The notes: generated by a model from the sequence alone, not told the origin. A stretch of 64,000 nucleotides of DNA from Marsupella aquatica (GCA_973895155.1 OZ316899.1:13333934-13397933); one strand, 5' to 3'. Positions 34,782-46,474 are shown, numbered from the stretch's first letter. Program-made: numbers and translations.

Positions 34782-35214
34782 TGTAACAGGCTGGGAGCTC
34801 TGCAGTCATGGACAGCAGTGAACAAGGATGCCTAATGGTGGTATTTGTGTTCCATATATCCCTGACTGTATCTGCCAAAAGAGTTAACATAACGTGTACT
34901 AAATTCTCACAAACCCTAAACCACCCCAAAAGAAAAAAACAGGTTCGCAAGTAGTGTACCTATTGTCAAGTGAATGACACAAAATTCCTAAATGTTGGAG
35001 GGTGTCACCACCTCCTCCGCTGTCCTCAAATGTACCGCCTCTGCATGTACGTTTATAGTGACACCCCCAGGCAGCAGGAAACAACAATCCGCCAACAGTA
35101 AAATAAGCCCAACTGCCACCAACCATAACAAGGTACATTAGTTCAAAGATCACATTTATTTCAATGATCTGATTTATACAAAAAAACTTGTGTCCAAACT
35201 GATGCTACTACTCC

Positions 35215-36093
35215 TCACTCTGATTCAGAATCGCTAATGACCCATTCCTCACTTGTTGTCTCATAGTCCTCTCTGTAAGGATCCTGACCCTTCCGTGGCC
35301 AGGCCTCAAAAAGATCATAGTCCATTGGGTTTTGACGCTTCCCAGCTGCTACTGATTCCACAAGCCAAGCATATGAAACCACAAACACATTATGGGACAT
35401 GACATAAAAGCGAATGTCTCCCTTCCCAAACTTGCGGCAGGCTTTGGGATATGACTTAGTAATGACATGAGTGGTGTCCTCTGTTATATTCTCCTCCACT
35501 GTCCCACCTAGGTCAAGCAATGTGGACTTGTACACTTTGCACTTAACCTCTCCAATTCCCGCCTCCACAAATACCATGCTCAGCCCTTTCAGAATGGGGG
35601 TTGGTTGCTTCGTCTCCTCAGCCAACATACTCTTCAGCCTTGTAGAGCTCTGTCCTTTGTTGAGTACAGGTCCATATTGGAGATCAGCAAGCCGTGCCTT
35701 TGCTTCCCAGACTTCTTGTTCAGCCCAAGCTGATGCAGTAGCTTCTTCATCCTCCCACAACTCATATTGCTCAGTATCCTGTACAATCTTATGTGCTATG
35801 GAATCTGTGATCCAAGAGGCCTCAACTACTTTTAGGCCTTGCTTAGTAATTGCAGAATTCATGTAGGACCATGACCACTTCTTTATCACTGATAGCCATG
35901 TCCCTGCAACAACATGTGTAGTCTCTGGAGTGATGTCCTGAACTACAGTGCCATGGAGCTCAGAGAATCGTTTCTGTACAGTTGGCCAATGCACTTTGGT
36001 CAACCCATGCTGGCCATGGACCAAAATCGCTCTGACCCCTGTAAACACTGCTGGGTGGTCACACTTTCTACGTTTACCAGGCTCCATGTACAC
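35215..36093 (-). CDS. Tandem BRCT-domain protein (DNA polymerase lambda-type BRCT x2)
   Basis: Intact 292-aa ORF with two repeats of F/L-x-G...GG/GTV...ITxxTTHV...VV-x3-W-x2-[DE]S..Y. The first true ATG is at 36085-36087. Confidence 0.8.
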   Translation of the reverse strand: MYMEPGKRRKCDHPAVFTGVRAILVHGQHGLTKVHWPTVQKRFSELHGTVVQDITPETTHVVAGTWLSVIKKWSWSYMNSAITKQGLKVVEASWITDSIAHKIVQDTEQYELWEDEEATASAWAEQEVWEAKARLADLQYGPVLNKGQSSTRLKSMLAEETKQPTPILKGLSMVFVEAGIGEVKCKVYKSTLLDLGGTVEENITEDTTHVITKSYPKACRKFGKGDIRFYVMSHNVFVVSYAWLVESVAAGKRQNPMDYDLFEAWPRKGQDPYREDYETTSEEWVISDSESE

Positions 36094-36679
36094 ACACCCT
36101 ACGTGATGACAGTGAATTTTGGAAGAATGGGTTCACCTGACAATACAAGGACAACAAAATTCCTGCTTTTTGAGTTGATCTGGCCCACTGGTGCTCAGGT
36201 CCGATTTTGATAGGTACAAGGGATATGTGAACAATACGTACTAGGCACCTGCACGGATGCAGGACATTGTTTGAATATATACTACAAAATCCATATCCGT
36301 GGTGAAATGAAGTGCAACCAACTTGTCATGGCACATACATATTTTGTTGTAAAGGAGGATACATTCAATGACAAACTTATAGGGCAATTTGATTAATTGC
36401 ATGCCTGATAATTTATACGCTTACAACTTAGAAGTCCTGTTTTAATTTAGCAGTCTGATGAAAGTGTTTATGAAAATGACCACTCAGCCTAAATACTTCC
36501 AAGAAGGCTTGTAAGGATAAGTTTGTATAGGCATGTACCCAGCCACTGACGCCAGAGCACAAGATAAGTGTTGCCTATATAAACTCGCCTACCCAACTCC
36601 TTTTCAAAATTGGAATCTTTGCAATCTCAAAAAATAGTACATCCACATCAGGTGCACTGTGCATGTACAATGTTCAGCT

Positions 36680-37360
36680 TCATAGCCAAGATATGTGATC
36701 TCTCACAGGAGTGCGCGAGGTAGGATCAATGGCATGGCGATGACAATAAAATATCCATCGATCAACACCATGTGCAGAGTGATCATAGATTTCTCTGTCA
36801 CAAGCATAACCCTCTGCTTGATGATCTTTCAGGCAATGATAGTGCCACATAGTGGGACACCTAGCACAGTGGACTATGTCAGTCCAGTAGTCATCATCAT
36901 GCTCACCACATGCCTTGCACCTATGAAGTGGGCAAGCTGTGGCATGAGCAGGCAAACACTCAAAACAGAAAAATCTCACACAAAAACGGTCTGGACATTT
37001 CCTAACATCTGCTGCAGCATCAACAGAGCCCTCATAGGACCCCAACTTCCTACACTATGCACACTTAGCCTGCTTCTCCAAACAATCAGTGCACATCCAG
37101 TCTCCCTGGTGTGTTGACGGGAGGCCCACCCCTGGACAGTTGTTTTCTGCAGCAAGGTCAGACTCCGGGTTGAGGTGGAAATGCCTCATGCAAGGGCCCT
37201 CACAAATGACCAGGCCCCCACCATCGTCACAAATGGCACAACAATGAGCTGCCTTCTGGAAAATCTGACTTGCAGAGAAGTTAGTAGCATCTGCCCCAAG
37301 TACACCTGTGTTTCTCACCTCTGTCACACGCTTTTTGGCTTGAATTTTAGGCCGTGCCAT
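36680..37360 (-). pseudogene. EDM2-like PHD-finger-only protein with H3-like N-terminus; one in-frame TAG at 37055-37057
   Basis: CAICDDGGGLVICEGPCMRHFH..., CPLHRCKAC..CARCPTMWHYHCL and FYCHRHAIDPTSRTPVRDHI closely follow the EDM2 PHD cluster. The two ORFs are in one frame. Confidence 0.85.
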
Positions 37361-37371
37361 GCCTGCGCATG

Positions 37372-37515
37372 AGATAGACTCTACAATTTAGCAGACTGCA
37401 CAGAAAGTAAAATATATTTAGCATTTAAGGTACAAAGGCATTTAGATAGACTCTACAATTTAGCAGACTGCACAGAAAGTAAAATATATTTAGCATTTAA
37501 GGTACAAAGGCATTT
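37372..37515. repeat. Perfect 72-bp tandem duplication
   Basis: AGATAGACTCTACAATTTAGC...AAAGGCATTT occurs twice. Confidence 0.95.
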
Positions 37516-38130
37516 GCTACTGCAATGAATTGGAATGGCCACACAAGGATGCAGAGCACACATACTTTTGGTATGTTGAGCCCACACACAAAACTGATCC
37601 CCTAATACAATTTCTCCACCAACACCTCAATTTTAATTGTGGCTATGATTCACCAAAGGAGATCTGCAACAACATTTCATGCATTTGAATCACATACAAT
37701 AGTCGTGACATGTAAAACAGGCATTCTTCGAAGAGGATTGGTATGAAGCAGTGTCATAAGGGTTGAAATTTATACATCCTAAATAGGTTATGATAGTGGC
37801 TGAGACAAATAAGTGAGGCATAAATCATTTTGCATATTATCACATGGCCCATTAATTCATTCAACGTTGCAATGTTCACCAGGTTAAAGCAGTCATGAAA
37901 GCAGTCTTTCAATAGAGACTTTTATGCGAGTTTGCTAGCCTCTTAAATTAGGATATTTTGCTTAGTGCAGGCATAATAGGATATAAGTTATGTACTGTTG
38001 ACCCTAAACCCTGGACCCAAAATTGCTCATACATCAAAATTTTAAGTAAATATCCTCTGTGTTGAAGTCAGAGTGTTAAGCTATAGGTCAATGGTATCTG
38101 GTCTGTGCATGCGGTGTGACAAGTGGTCCT

Positions 38131-38580
38131 CTAGAGCATGTGATCCAAACATGTGTAGACACCAAAGTCACCGGTGGTGGGGTCTGGGAGGGCAGGACAA
38201 GTGACATCACCAGGCACACTGCAGGATGGCGAGTGGTTCCAGATGATACATTGTGCTCTGTGCAAAAATCGGCATCCAAGAGAACGGTCATCCAACTCTG
38301 GGCCAGAAGCCCTACAGGCAGGACAGTCATATTGGCAACTGTGTACACACCCTTGGCACCTAATTTGTGGCGGGTCATGTACAAGAGACACAAATACCAA
38401 GGATGTCGGGAAGGGTACTGAAGCAGGTAGAGGCCGGCTGTAGTTGTTCCTGGAAACAACAGGGTACTCAAAGTACCATGCAGACTGGGCTGGAAGGATC
38501 CCAAGTCTGACATACTCAAGGCGCAACATCTCTGCCTTGCGTGCAAGTCGCACATGTTCAGCGTTGCGGGTCCTCACCAT
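38131..38580 (-). CDS. Small Cys/His-rich hypothetical protein
   Basis: 149-aa ATG-initiated ORF, co-oriented with the other CACTA genes, with CxxC pairs (CQGC, CPAC). No family recognised. Confidence 0.4.
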   Translation of the reverse strand: MVRTRNAEHVRLARKAEMLRLEYVRLGILPAQSAWYFEYPVVSRNNYSRPLPASVPFPTSLVFVSLVHDPPQIRCQGCVHSCQYDCPACRASGPELDDRSLGCRFLHRAQCIIWNHSPSCSVPGDVTCPALPDPTTGDFGVYTCLDHML

Positions 38581-39588
38581 AAGTGTTGCTTTCGTTGTGA
38601 TGTCCTCTGTTCACGTCCTTTGATGAGCAAGGTGAGCAGGAGGTCGACTTGCCTCGCCAACAGCAACCACCTAAACTAATCAGTTCCCACTCATTGTCTT
38701 GGTTCCAACTACAGGTCATAGTATACACATAGCATGAAACGTGCATAGTACATATTTGATTCTGAGTTTATGAGTTTCCTAAGACAAAGAGCTTGGTGAT
38801 AAACCCATATTCTCGACGGACATGTATATCAATCATATTAAACTCCTGTTTTTTCATCCAGAAAGACCGAAAGTCTCACCTTGCAGGTTGCAGCAGAGAG
38901 AAAATTCACTGGTTGTCGTGTTGTGCAAGTGAACCTCCACTGATGCCCCGGTGTAGCCCCTCAGATGCAGGTGACACTTACCAACTCCCAAGTTGCCTGG
39001 TCTAACAGAAAATGCTTATATCTTCAGAACTTTATAGAGCAAGTACATGATCACATACTTCTGGATCTATTCATATTTGGAACTCTTGCCAACTACAACT
39101 CCCATTATGCACAAGCTCACATCAACAGAGAAAGATACAGAATGCATACTTACTATGGCTCTAAGCACCTTCACTACCTTGTTGAACCCAGTCCTGAAGT
39201 CTTTTCAGCGTGTTTGTTGTGCTGTCTCCTTTGGCACCCAACACCTTAGTCCTTGATGTAACAGAATGCGATTTTACAAGTTAGATGCTTTGGAACCTTC
39301 TATGGTCTTAGCTGAATTGATGTCATCGTAAGTGGTGAAAGACAAGGAAGACGAAAGCTGGTTGAAGAGCTGTGGACAACACACTAGCATGAAGTGCTTC
39401 AACCAATCCACTGCCAAACGGAACTCTTACACAGTCACATTCTTTTAGTAAACAAAAACTCAGTCAAACTTCAGAATCAAAGTACAGACTCTGAAGGACC
39501 AAAGGAGGATGTTGTGAGTTTCTCTGTTGTTTAATGTGTTACCCTTCTAGTTTCGAAGTTAGCAAATGCTGAATAATGTGTCTACCAG

Positions 39589-39931
39589 ATCTTCGAAAAG
39601 AAGCCCACCACAATTAAGAACTTCGGTATCTGGGTCCACGTATCAGAGTCGTACAGGTTATCACAACATGTACAAGGAATATTGTGATACCACAAGAAAC
39701 GGAGCTGTAGAGCAGATGTATGATGAGATGGCTTCTTGTCATAGAGTTCGGTTCCCTTGCATCCAGATCATGAAGACTACGACAGTCCCTGTCTCTCTGT
39801 GCAAGCGAGAAAGTACCAAGCAGTTCCATGATTCAAAGATCAAGTTCCCCTTGACGTACTGCAAGATTCAACCTCCATTGCGAAAGCTAAAGAAGACTTA
39901 CAAGGCCACCAAGCCCAACACAATTGTTTGA
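39589..39931 (+). pseudogene. RPL18a: Captured last exon of 60S ribosomal protein L18a (eL20)
   Basis: CAG|ATC TTC GAA AAG.. encodes [15 protein letters not shown]; after a frameshift it continues [44 protein letters not shown]. Confidence 0.93.
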
Positions 39932-40213
39932 GTAGTGCGGGTGCAGGTTCCCAATTTTGAGACAATTTGGCTCATTTTATGTCCCGAGGGAATCCTGGAG
40001 TTTATGTATTGAGTTTCTAGGTGAAGATGCTTAATATAAGGAAATTCAATTATCACTTCGTTCCCAACTTCTATTAATTGAAAATACACAAGCTGGAAGC
40101 AAGAAGACAAGCCACAATCTAGCATCTTAGCCAAACACAATCGTCCCGACAAAGCAAAACTCAGCTGGACAGAAGTCACTCGGATCCACAAAAAATTGAA
40201 GATTCACCTCCAA

Positions 40214-41552
40214 GCCGGAGGCTGATCACTTCAGTACAGCAGCTTCTAGACGGAACAAACTCTGCTCAGCCCCACAGAAACACAAATGTTAAGGCTCAGC
40301 AACAATAGACAAATTCACTAGCCAGAGGGAGTGAAAAGCAAATGAGTACCAAGCCAACCAACTAAGACTGACTATGAAATGCAAGTGACGTCATTACAAC
40401 CAAAACAATACAACAAAGCACTTAGGCAACATTAATACAAAATTGTAGAGGAATTATATCATGCGATAGATAGTACTCGGTTCTACCTGAGGTGTACAGT
40501 CATACTCCCCTCAGGTAGAATGTGTATGCAATTACATACACATGACGATCCCCAAGAAAGCAGACAACAGTTCCTAGCAGACAACAGTTCTTGCTACGTG
40601 TCTCAGGCTGATTTTTACTTTCCAGACTTGAGAGTTGTGAAGGTAGTCTTAGTAACTTTCCTCTGACTCGATTTGGGAGCATTTGACCTATCTGCTAGCT
40701 TGTAGTTAGCTTCATGATGTCTGTACACTTTGGTGTCCGAGCCGAGCACTGATTCTTCCTCTCCTCTATTTTAGCTTCGTGATATCTGTACACGTTGGTG
40801 TCCGGGCTCTGATTCTACCTCTCCTCTGTTTTTGCATCGTGATAGGCTTCGATCACAGTAGCGTATTGGAGCATGGAAATTTGAGGTCCATTTCAAGGCA
40901 GCGGGAATAAGTACATTGATCAACTGGAGACCAGAAATGCGCATATGTGAATGTCATACCTTTCAGGCGGAAGTCGTAGGTAGCAGGTAGCAGGCGTGAA
41001 CTTGCAAGCAGCAACTTGCGCTCTGTTGCCCCCTGTAGCTTACTAAAACAACACTCCACTGAGAAGCAATGACAACGGATTGGAGCTCCTCCCCAATTAA
41101 TATAGTCTCCAACCAATCACGTTCATGATCTGAGGTGAGACATGACATACAATAATCGCTGATGCAGAGATCTAAGAATTGTCTCAATCCAAGGAACAGA
41201 ACATCTCACGACATCACGGACATTTTACAGTAACAAAATGCAACACCCACCCTATGCATCTATAACATTGAGTACAAACATTCATGGATTGCAAAATTAC
41301 TCTTCATGCGTCACCTTCAGGTCAAGTCGTAGCTCTAGCCACAACTCATAGGTCGTAGCTCCAAGACATAGCTGCAACCACGGCTCACAAGTCCAGCTCC
41401 CCTGTCAGCTCACATGAATAGCGCCTCCCTTCGCTGCACTCCATGCATCTGCTGCTAGTTGCAACACAAACCGGAGGCCGATCACTTCAGTACAGCAGCT
41501 TCTGGATGGAACAAACTCTGCTCAGCCCCACAGAAACACAAATGTTAAGGCT
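40214..41552. repeat. Dispersed ~83-bp direct duplication (40214-40298 and 41471-41552) in the CACTA cargo region
   Basis: CCGGAGGCyGATCACTTCAGTACAGCAGC...AATGTTAAGGCTC appears twice. Confidence 0.85.
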
Positions 41553-44500
41553 CCAAGTCAGAGCTCACAAACAGAAACTCAGATAAATAACATTCAAAAT
41601 CTGTCCAGGTTTGTGCAAAGTGTACATATTCATTCTTCTGGAATGAACACGCAATCCATAAGAACGAAAGTAGGAAGGCAAGCGCACGGGCCACCGAGAA
41701 AAGTAAAGGATGCATGTGTTAGTGGGGAGGGATCTTAGCAAAAACAGGGGAAAGCAAGGGAACTTGCTGCTAAAATCAGCTGAACGATTGCACGGTTCCT
41801 ATAAATTTAGTGGACCTTAAGGCCGTCTGTTCACCCCCCCACCCCACCGCCAGAGCACGGGGCACAAGGCATGTTCTGATACAGGGAGGAGCGAAACAGT
41901 CATGTCAAGCAAGAAGTGTGGAGAGACCAATCAGTAAGCAAAAATAGGGGAGAACATACATACATTAGCAGCAGCAGGAAACAAGAAAGATGATTTCGGG
42001 TGGCATCTTAGGGTCGGGGACACCACTGCAACACCGGGACTTAGGATATGACTAAATGTAAGCTACACAGTCCTCCGTTCTCTTCAACAATTACCTTAAA
42101 CAATGAAGTAATCTAAATGGATGTTGATCAAAATCAATTGCAACTACGCAGCCCTTGGTTCTACTGCGGCTACAACAGCCAAGAGAACAGCTCAGAGCCT
42201 TGATTGAAGACTGTGCTCTCAAACTAAGCTAAAGACAAAGAGATATAGAGAGAGACAAAAAAAAGTTGACAGGAGTGCAAAGCGAGAACCCACTCCCGTT
42301 CTTTCAACACCCTAAACCCCGCTGCCTGACTTAATTTGCATGGCGACAGAAGCAGTCATTGAAAACTTACCTTGTGATGACAAAAACGCTCTGGGATGGG
42401 CTGCTACTCCCAGGACTATCCCACACTCTTAGCGCCCCGTTGCTATTGAGCCACACTTCAGTTTAGCCGCGCACGCTCAATCTTTGTCATTCAGCTAAGT
42501 TCAGCTCCGCAGGGCCTGGACTCACTCTCATCCAATTTCAGTTGATCAGTATTGCAGCTCTCTGCTCCCAAGAACAGGTCCTTGCGTTTGTTGAGCGCCT
42601 CTATAGACTCACTTACCTCCAAAAACACTGAAAGTTTTTATCTGCATTACAATGAGCTCTAAAGACCAAAAACATTCCCGCCTAAACTGAAATAGAGTCC
42701 GCAACTACAAGCTTTGCAGCTCAACTCTCTGAGCTCTCCCAGCTCAAAGGTATCAGCATGTTGTACCCACACTTGATCGAACGCTCTTCCAATGCTCGCT
42801 AGGTTGATCTTCCAATGCTCACGGTAAGCTATGGACACCAAGCTCAGAAGACCGTGGGGAGACAACTAAACTTGCAGCGACGTAGGACCGCAAAGATAGG
42901 GATTGCAGCTTTACCTGGGGCGATGCAGCACCAAGCCGTGCTGCGTAGCAATCCGTAGCAAGAATAGTCCAAATGCAAGCCAAGTGACAAGCTCCTGGTT
43001 CTCAATCCCAAGTTGCAACTGAATATCAAATTCACTCTCCTAGCTTCAAGGAATGAGTGTCTATTGAATGTTGAATTAAATTCTCGCAAACTCTTCACAG
43101 TGCTTCCCGTAGTGCCTGTTGTCGATGCAACACACAATCACTCTTGATGCCTACTACTCACATTCCCTTTTCTCAATGCAACACACACTCGCTCTTCTTG
43201 CCTCCTACTACTCACATTGCCCAACGATCAATGAAAGCAGAAGGACAGGACAGGGAGAACCCTTTCGCAACTCAGGACGGCAAGGCTAGGAGTGTATACA
43301 CATCGGGCCGCAATAAGGTCCAACCTCAACTTCAAAAAGTGCAACGCCAAAACTGGAAGCTGGGTCCAATAACAGTCGTTAGTAGGATGTCGTAAAACCC
43401 CTAAAGTTGCAGCATTGCCATACTCTACTTCCTCACCCGGTAGCGCTAGGCATTCGACCTCTCTCTTCCAAAGACCTCGATGACCTCCCACCAGCTCAAT
43501 GACGATGGCACGCAAAGCTTCCGTTTGGCTTGCAAACCCTTGAGGCAAACCAACTCCCTTGGAGACCCTTCCCAAAACCCTGTGCGGGAGAGAAATGCCG
43601 AACGTGAAGACCACTCACTTGTCTTCCCATTGAAGTGGAGACATTAGTTCACAAAAGAGACACAAAAGTCTATGATTTGCCTAATTTGTTTTTTCCTTTG
43701 AAACCAAAGGACTTACGCAATAGTTATATGTGGGGTGAGTGATTAGTCACAACTTTGAACCACCCCCTTTGGTGAAAATGTGGCCAAATATTCAGGTATG
43801 ACCCCACATTACCATTATGAAGTACACTTTTTTAGGGTTGGGGTAGTGAAGAGCTGATCATATATATTTAAGTTGGACATTTAAGTTGGACTTATATTGG
43901 TCCTGAAGCATGCATTGGTTGTCATATATGAAGGGGGTCGGGGAAACATGGTGGTTTCTGGGGCATGGCAATAAGTAAACCCAACCTACATATGTGAGGC
44001 TGAAATTGGGTGATAATTAAGCACGCCTTTGGCACGACCAGAAGACGTCGATAGAAAAATTAGAGATTGACTACAAAAAGCATTAAGTTAGGTTAGCAAG
44101 CTTTGACAAATCCTTTTTGCAGTTGAATGGGGCTGGGGCGCTTCATGGTGTCTAGATGGGGGTAGGAATAATGATGGAATACTCAGTAATGGCATGGTTT
44201 AAAATGGTATGACCAAACTAGAATTAAATCTATGTGGAATGACATATGGTGTATCCAAAATCATATGTATTGGGTTAGATCTCATACTTTAAGGTTGAAG
44301 GGCTCAAATGTTGTGCTCTCATAAGTTGTACTCTAATGTAGAGTCGCTTGTATGACTTCAACCTAATTGCCTTAACTGAGTTATAGTTACAACTTCCCTA
44401 AAAGTTGTAAACATGACTCCTCAAAACTTCACCAAAACTCAGTCAAGAAGGTGTGACTAACATGACACCAATAACCTTGGAGTCGCTGTTTCATGAAGGT

Positions 44501-44553
44501 CTCGGACAAGTCACATTCTTTGTGGTCTCAGAAAGGGTGGGTTTCTTCTAGTG

Positions 44554-46144
44554 AGCCAACGTTGTTTCCTAAAGCGAGTGGTGAGGTTACCAACATGTTC
44601 CCTCAATTCAGTTTTGGTCAAGTATGCCAACCTCATCCCACCATGTGTAGTTCTTTCTCCTCTATGCACTAAAGCTTCCGCTTCCCTGTGCACCCAACCA
44701 CGAAAATCATCTTCACGTTTTATAGAATCACATAGAGTGCAAGTGAGGTTCTGAAAACCACCTCCATTAATGGACACCCTGTGCCTAAAACAACCTTGTA
44801 TATGTACAACTGACTGGCTAGTTACATTGAAAACCTCAGCACAGGCTGTACGATCACAGTCCCAGATATTTCCTCCCTCCTGATTATCAAGTATGCCCTT
44901 CACTTCCATAGAATCCCCTGTCCACTTGACCTCTGACTCCCACATGCCCCAACAAAGCAAATTGAGACTTGGCTCAATAGAGGAATACCCACCTCTGCCT
45001 GAACTGCTCCCTGCAGTAGAGCTGTCCTCTCTAAAGAAATTCAAAATAGAATTTTGAGATGGAAACAGATCATGAGCATCAGGCTTCCTTGGTCTTCCCT
45101 TCTTCCCTGCCTTCAGTGCAGCCTGGGTACTGGTTACAACGCTCTCAAGTGCATCCATATGATCTCGACTCACCAGGTGTTGTCTTAAATTGTGTTCCAA
45201 AATTGGATTTCTTAGGGCACATGTCAGTATGTAGCTTGCCACAGACTGTACATTTGACCTTAAACAAGAATGACCTTTGTGCAAATGTTGGACAGTGGGA
45301 GATGGTGTGATAGTAAACACTTCTACCACCCCACCTACCTCTGCATTCAACTTTCCCACTATTTCCACCCCAGCCCCTATTTGCATACTATGATCAAACA
45401 ATGGCTGCTGTATAGTGTTAGCAGCTATCACCAGAGCTCCAAGTAAACCCCTTCACTTACACCAGTTCTCCTTGTGTTTAGAGTTGGTCAGGTGCTTTGT
45501 CTTGAAATTGCTAAAGCAATTTGCAATGGACTTGAGCACCTGTGAATTGGCTGCATTCCCATAAGTCTCCCTACACTCTAAGCACTCTAGATGCCCTCAA
45601 AACTCCCCTCCCTCATCCCACGTCCGCACTCTCCACTTGTGGTCACCGAAGCCCTTCTGGTTTACCCACAAACGTAACTTCAACCACTCATCATTCCAGG
45701 TCTTTGATGCAACCTCAGACATGAGGTGAGACTCAAAGGAGCTTGTCACAGGCTGTACAGTAGCCTGTACTGGCACCCCTTGAGTTTGTCCTTGAGGCAA
45801 TGGAGGCATGCCTGCCACATTGGACACAGTGGCAGCAGATGAATGAGAGGAACCAATAGTGACCCTCTCAGGAGGCAAGGCAAGTGAGGGTAACTGTGCA
45901 ATCACATAAACTGTCCCTTGAAGTTCAGTCACCCCAACTGTCTTCTCTGAAAAGCGTCGGACTCAACCAAGCAACCTCTCAACCCAAAAATCAAAGTCAA
46001 ACTCTACTGCACCAACACATTTGGTATGGAAGTCTGCCAAAGTCTGCCCTTCTTTGAAGGACATGACACAGATTGGCATATCAGGCTTTCCTCCTCCTCA
46101 CCCTTTTCTACCAATCTGACAGAGCTCATGCCTAGGTTTGCCAT
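44554..46144 (-). pseudogene. P-like transposase N-terminal part with two C2H2-like zinc fingers
   Basis: Joins in frame across the CACTA TSD (KQRWL|LAQQAQKIC). Contains CLEC..KHLTNSKH and a frameshifted CTVC..QHLVSRDH. Confidence 0.7.
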
Positions 46145-46342
46145 GGTGGACAGTTATACAGGCTGTGAAAGTGAGGGACAGGGATCAGGTAGATGAACCT
46201 GTCATACAACAATGGACAGAGATGGAAAAGGATCAGGACTCGTTTCAACCATTCACAACTAGCATAATTCACTCAACTCTAAACTCAATCCATTGTAGTG
46301 AATAAAACACTTCAGTGAGTCCACTTTGTTACAGTCCATTTT

Positions 46343-46474
46343 CATTTAACCAAGTACTTAAGTCCATTTCATTCAACCAAATACTTAAGTCCATAGCATT
46401 CAACCAAATACTTAAGTCCACATCATTCAACCAAGTACTTAAGTCCTCAGCATTCAACCAAATACTTAAGTTCA
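46343..46474. repeat. Five ~27-bp tandem repeats (CATTCAACCAArTACTTAAGTCCA), subterminal to the P-like element
   Basis: Read directly from the sequence. Confidence 0.9.

Larger units (their letters stand above)
26333..44553 (-). mobile_element. CACTA/EnSpm transposon, 18.2 kb, with accessory and captured genes
   Basis: TIR CACTAGAAGAA at 26333 and TTCTTCTAGTG ending at 44553, plus a shared CTGAGACCrCA further in. 3-bp TSD AGC on both sides. GTGACT/AGTCAC subterminal repeats at 26370-26650 and 44340-44520. Confidence 0.96.

Noticed and set aside
34911-34921. Telomere/telo-box-like AAACCCTAAAC motifs (also near 15195, 38001 and 42309)
   Set aside because: Single short matches, too weak to call regulatory sites or interstitial telomere.
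46343-46474. Regular ~27-bp repeats that look CRISPR-like
   Set aside because: The units are head-to-tail with only 3-4 variable bases, there are no unique spacers or cas genes, and the context is eukaryotic TE.
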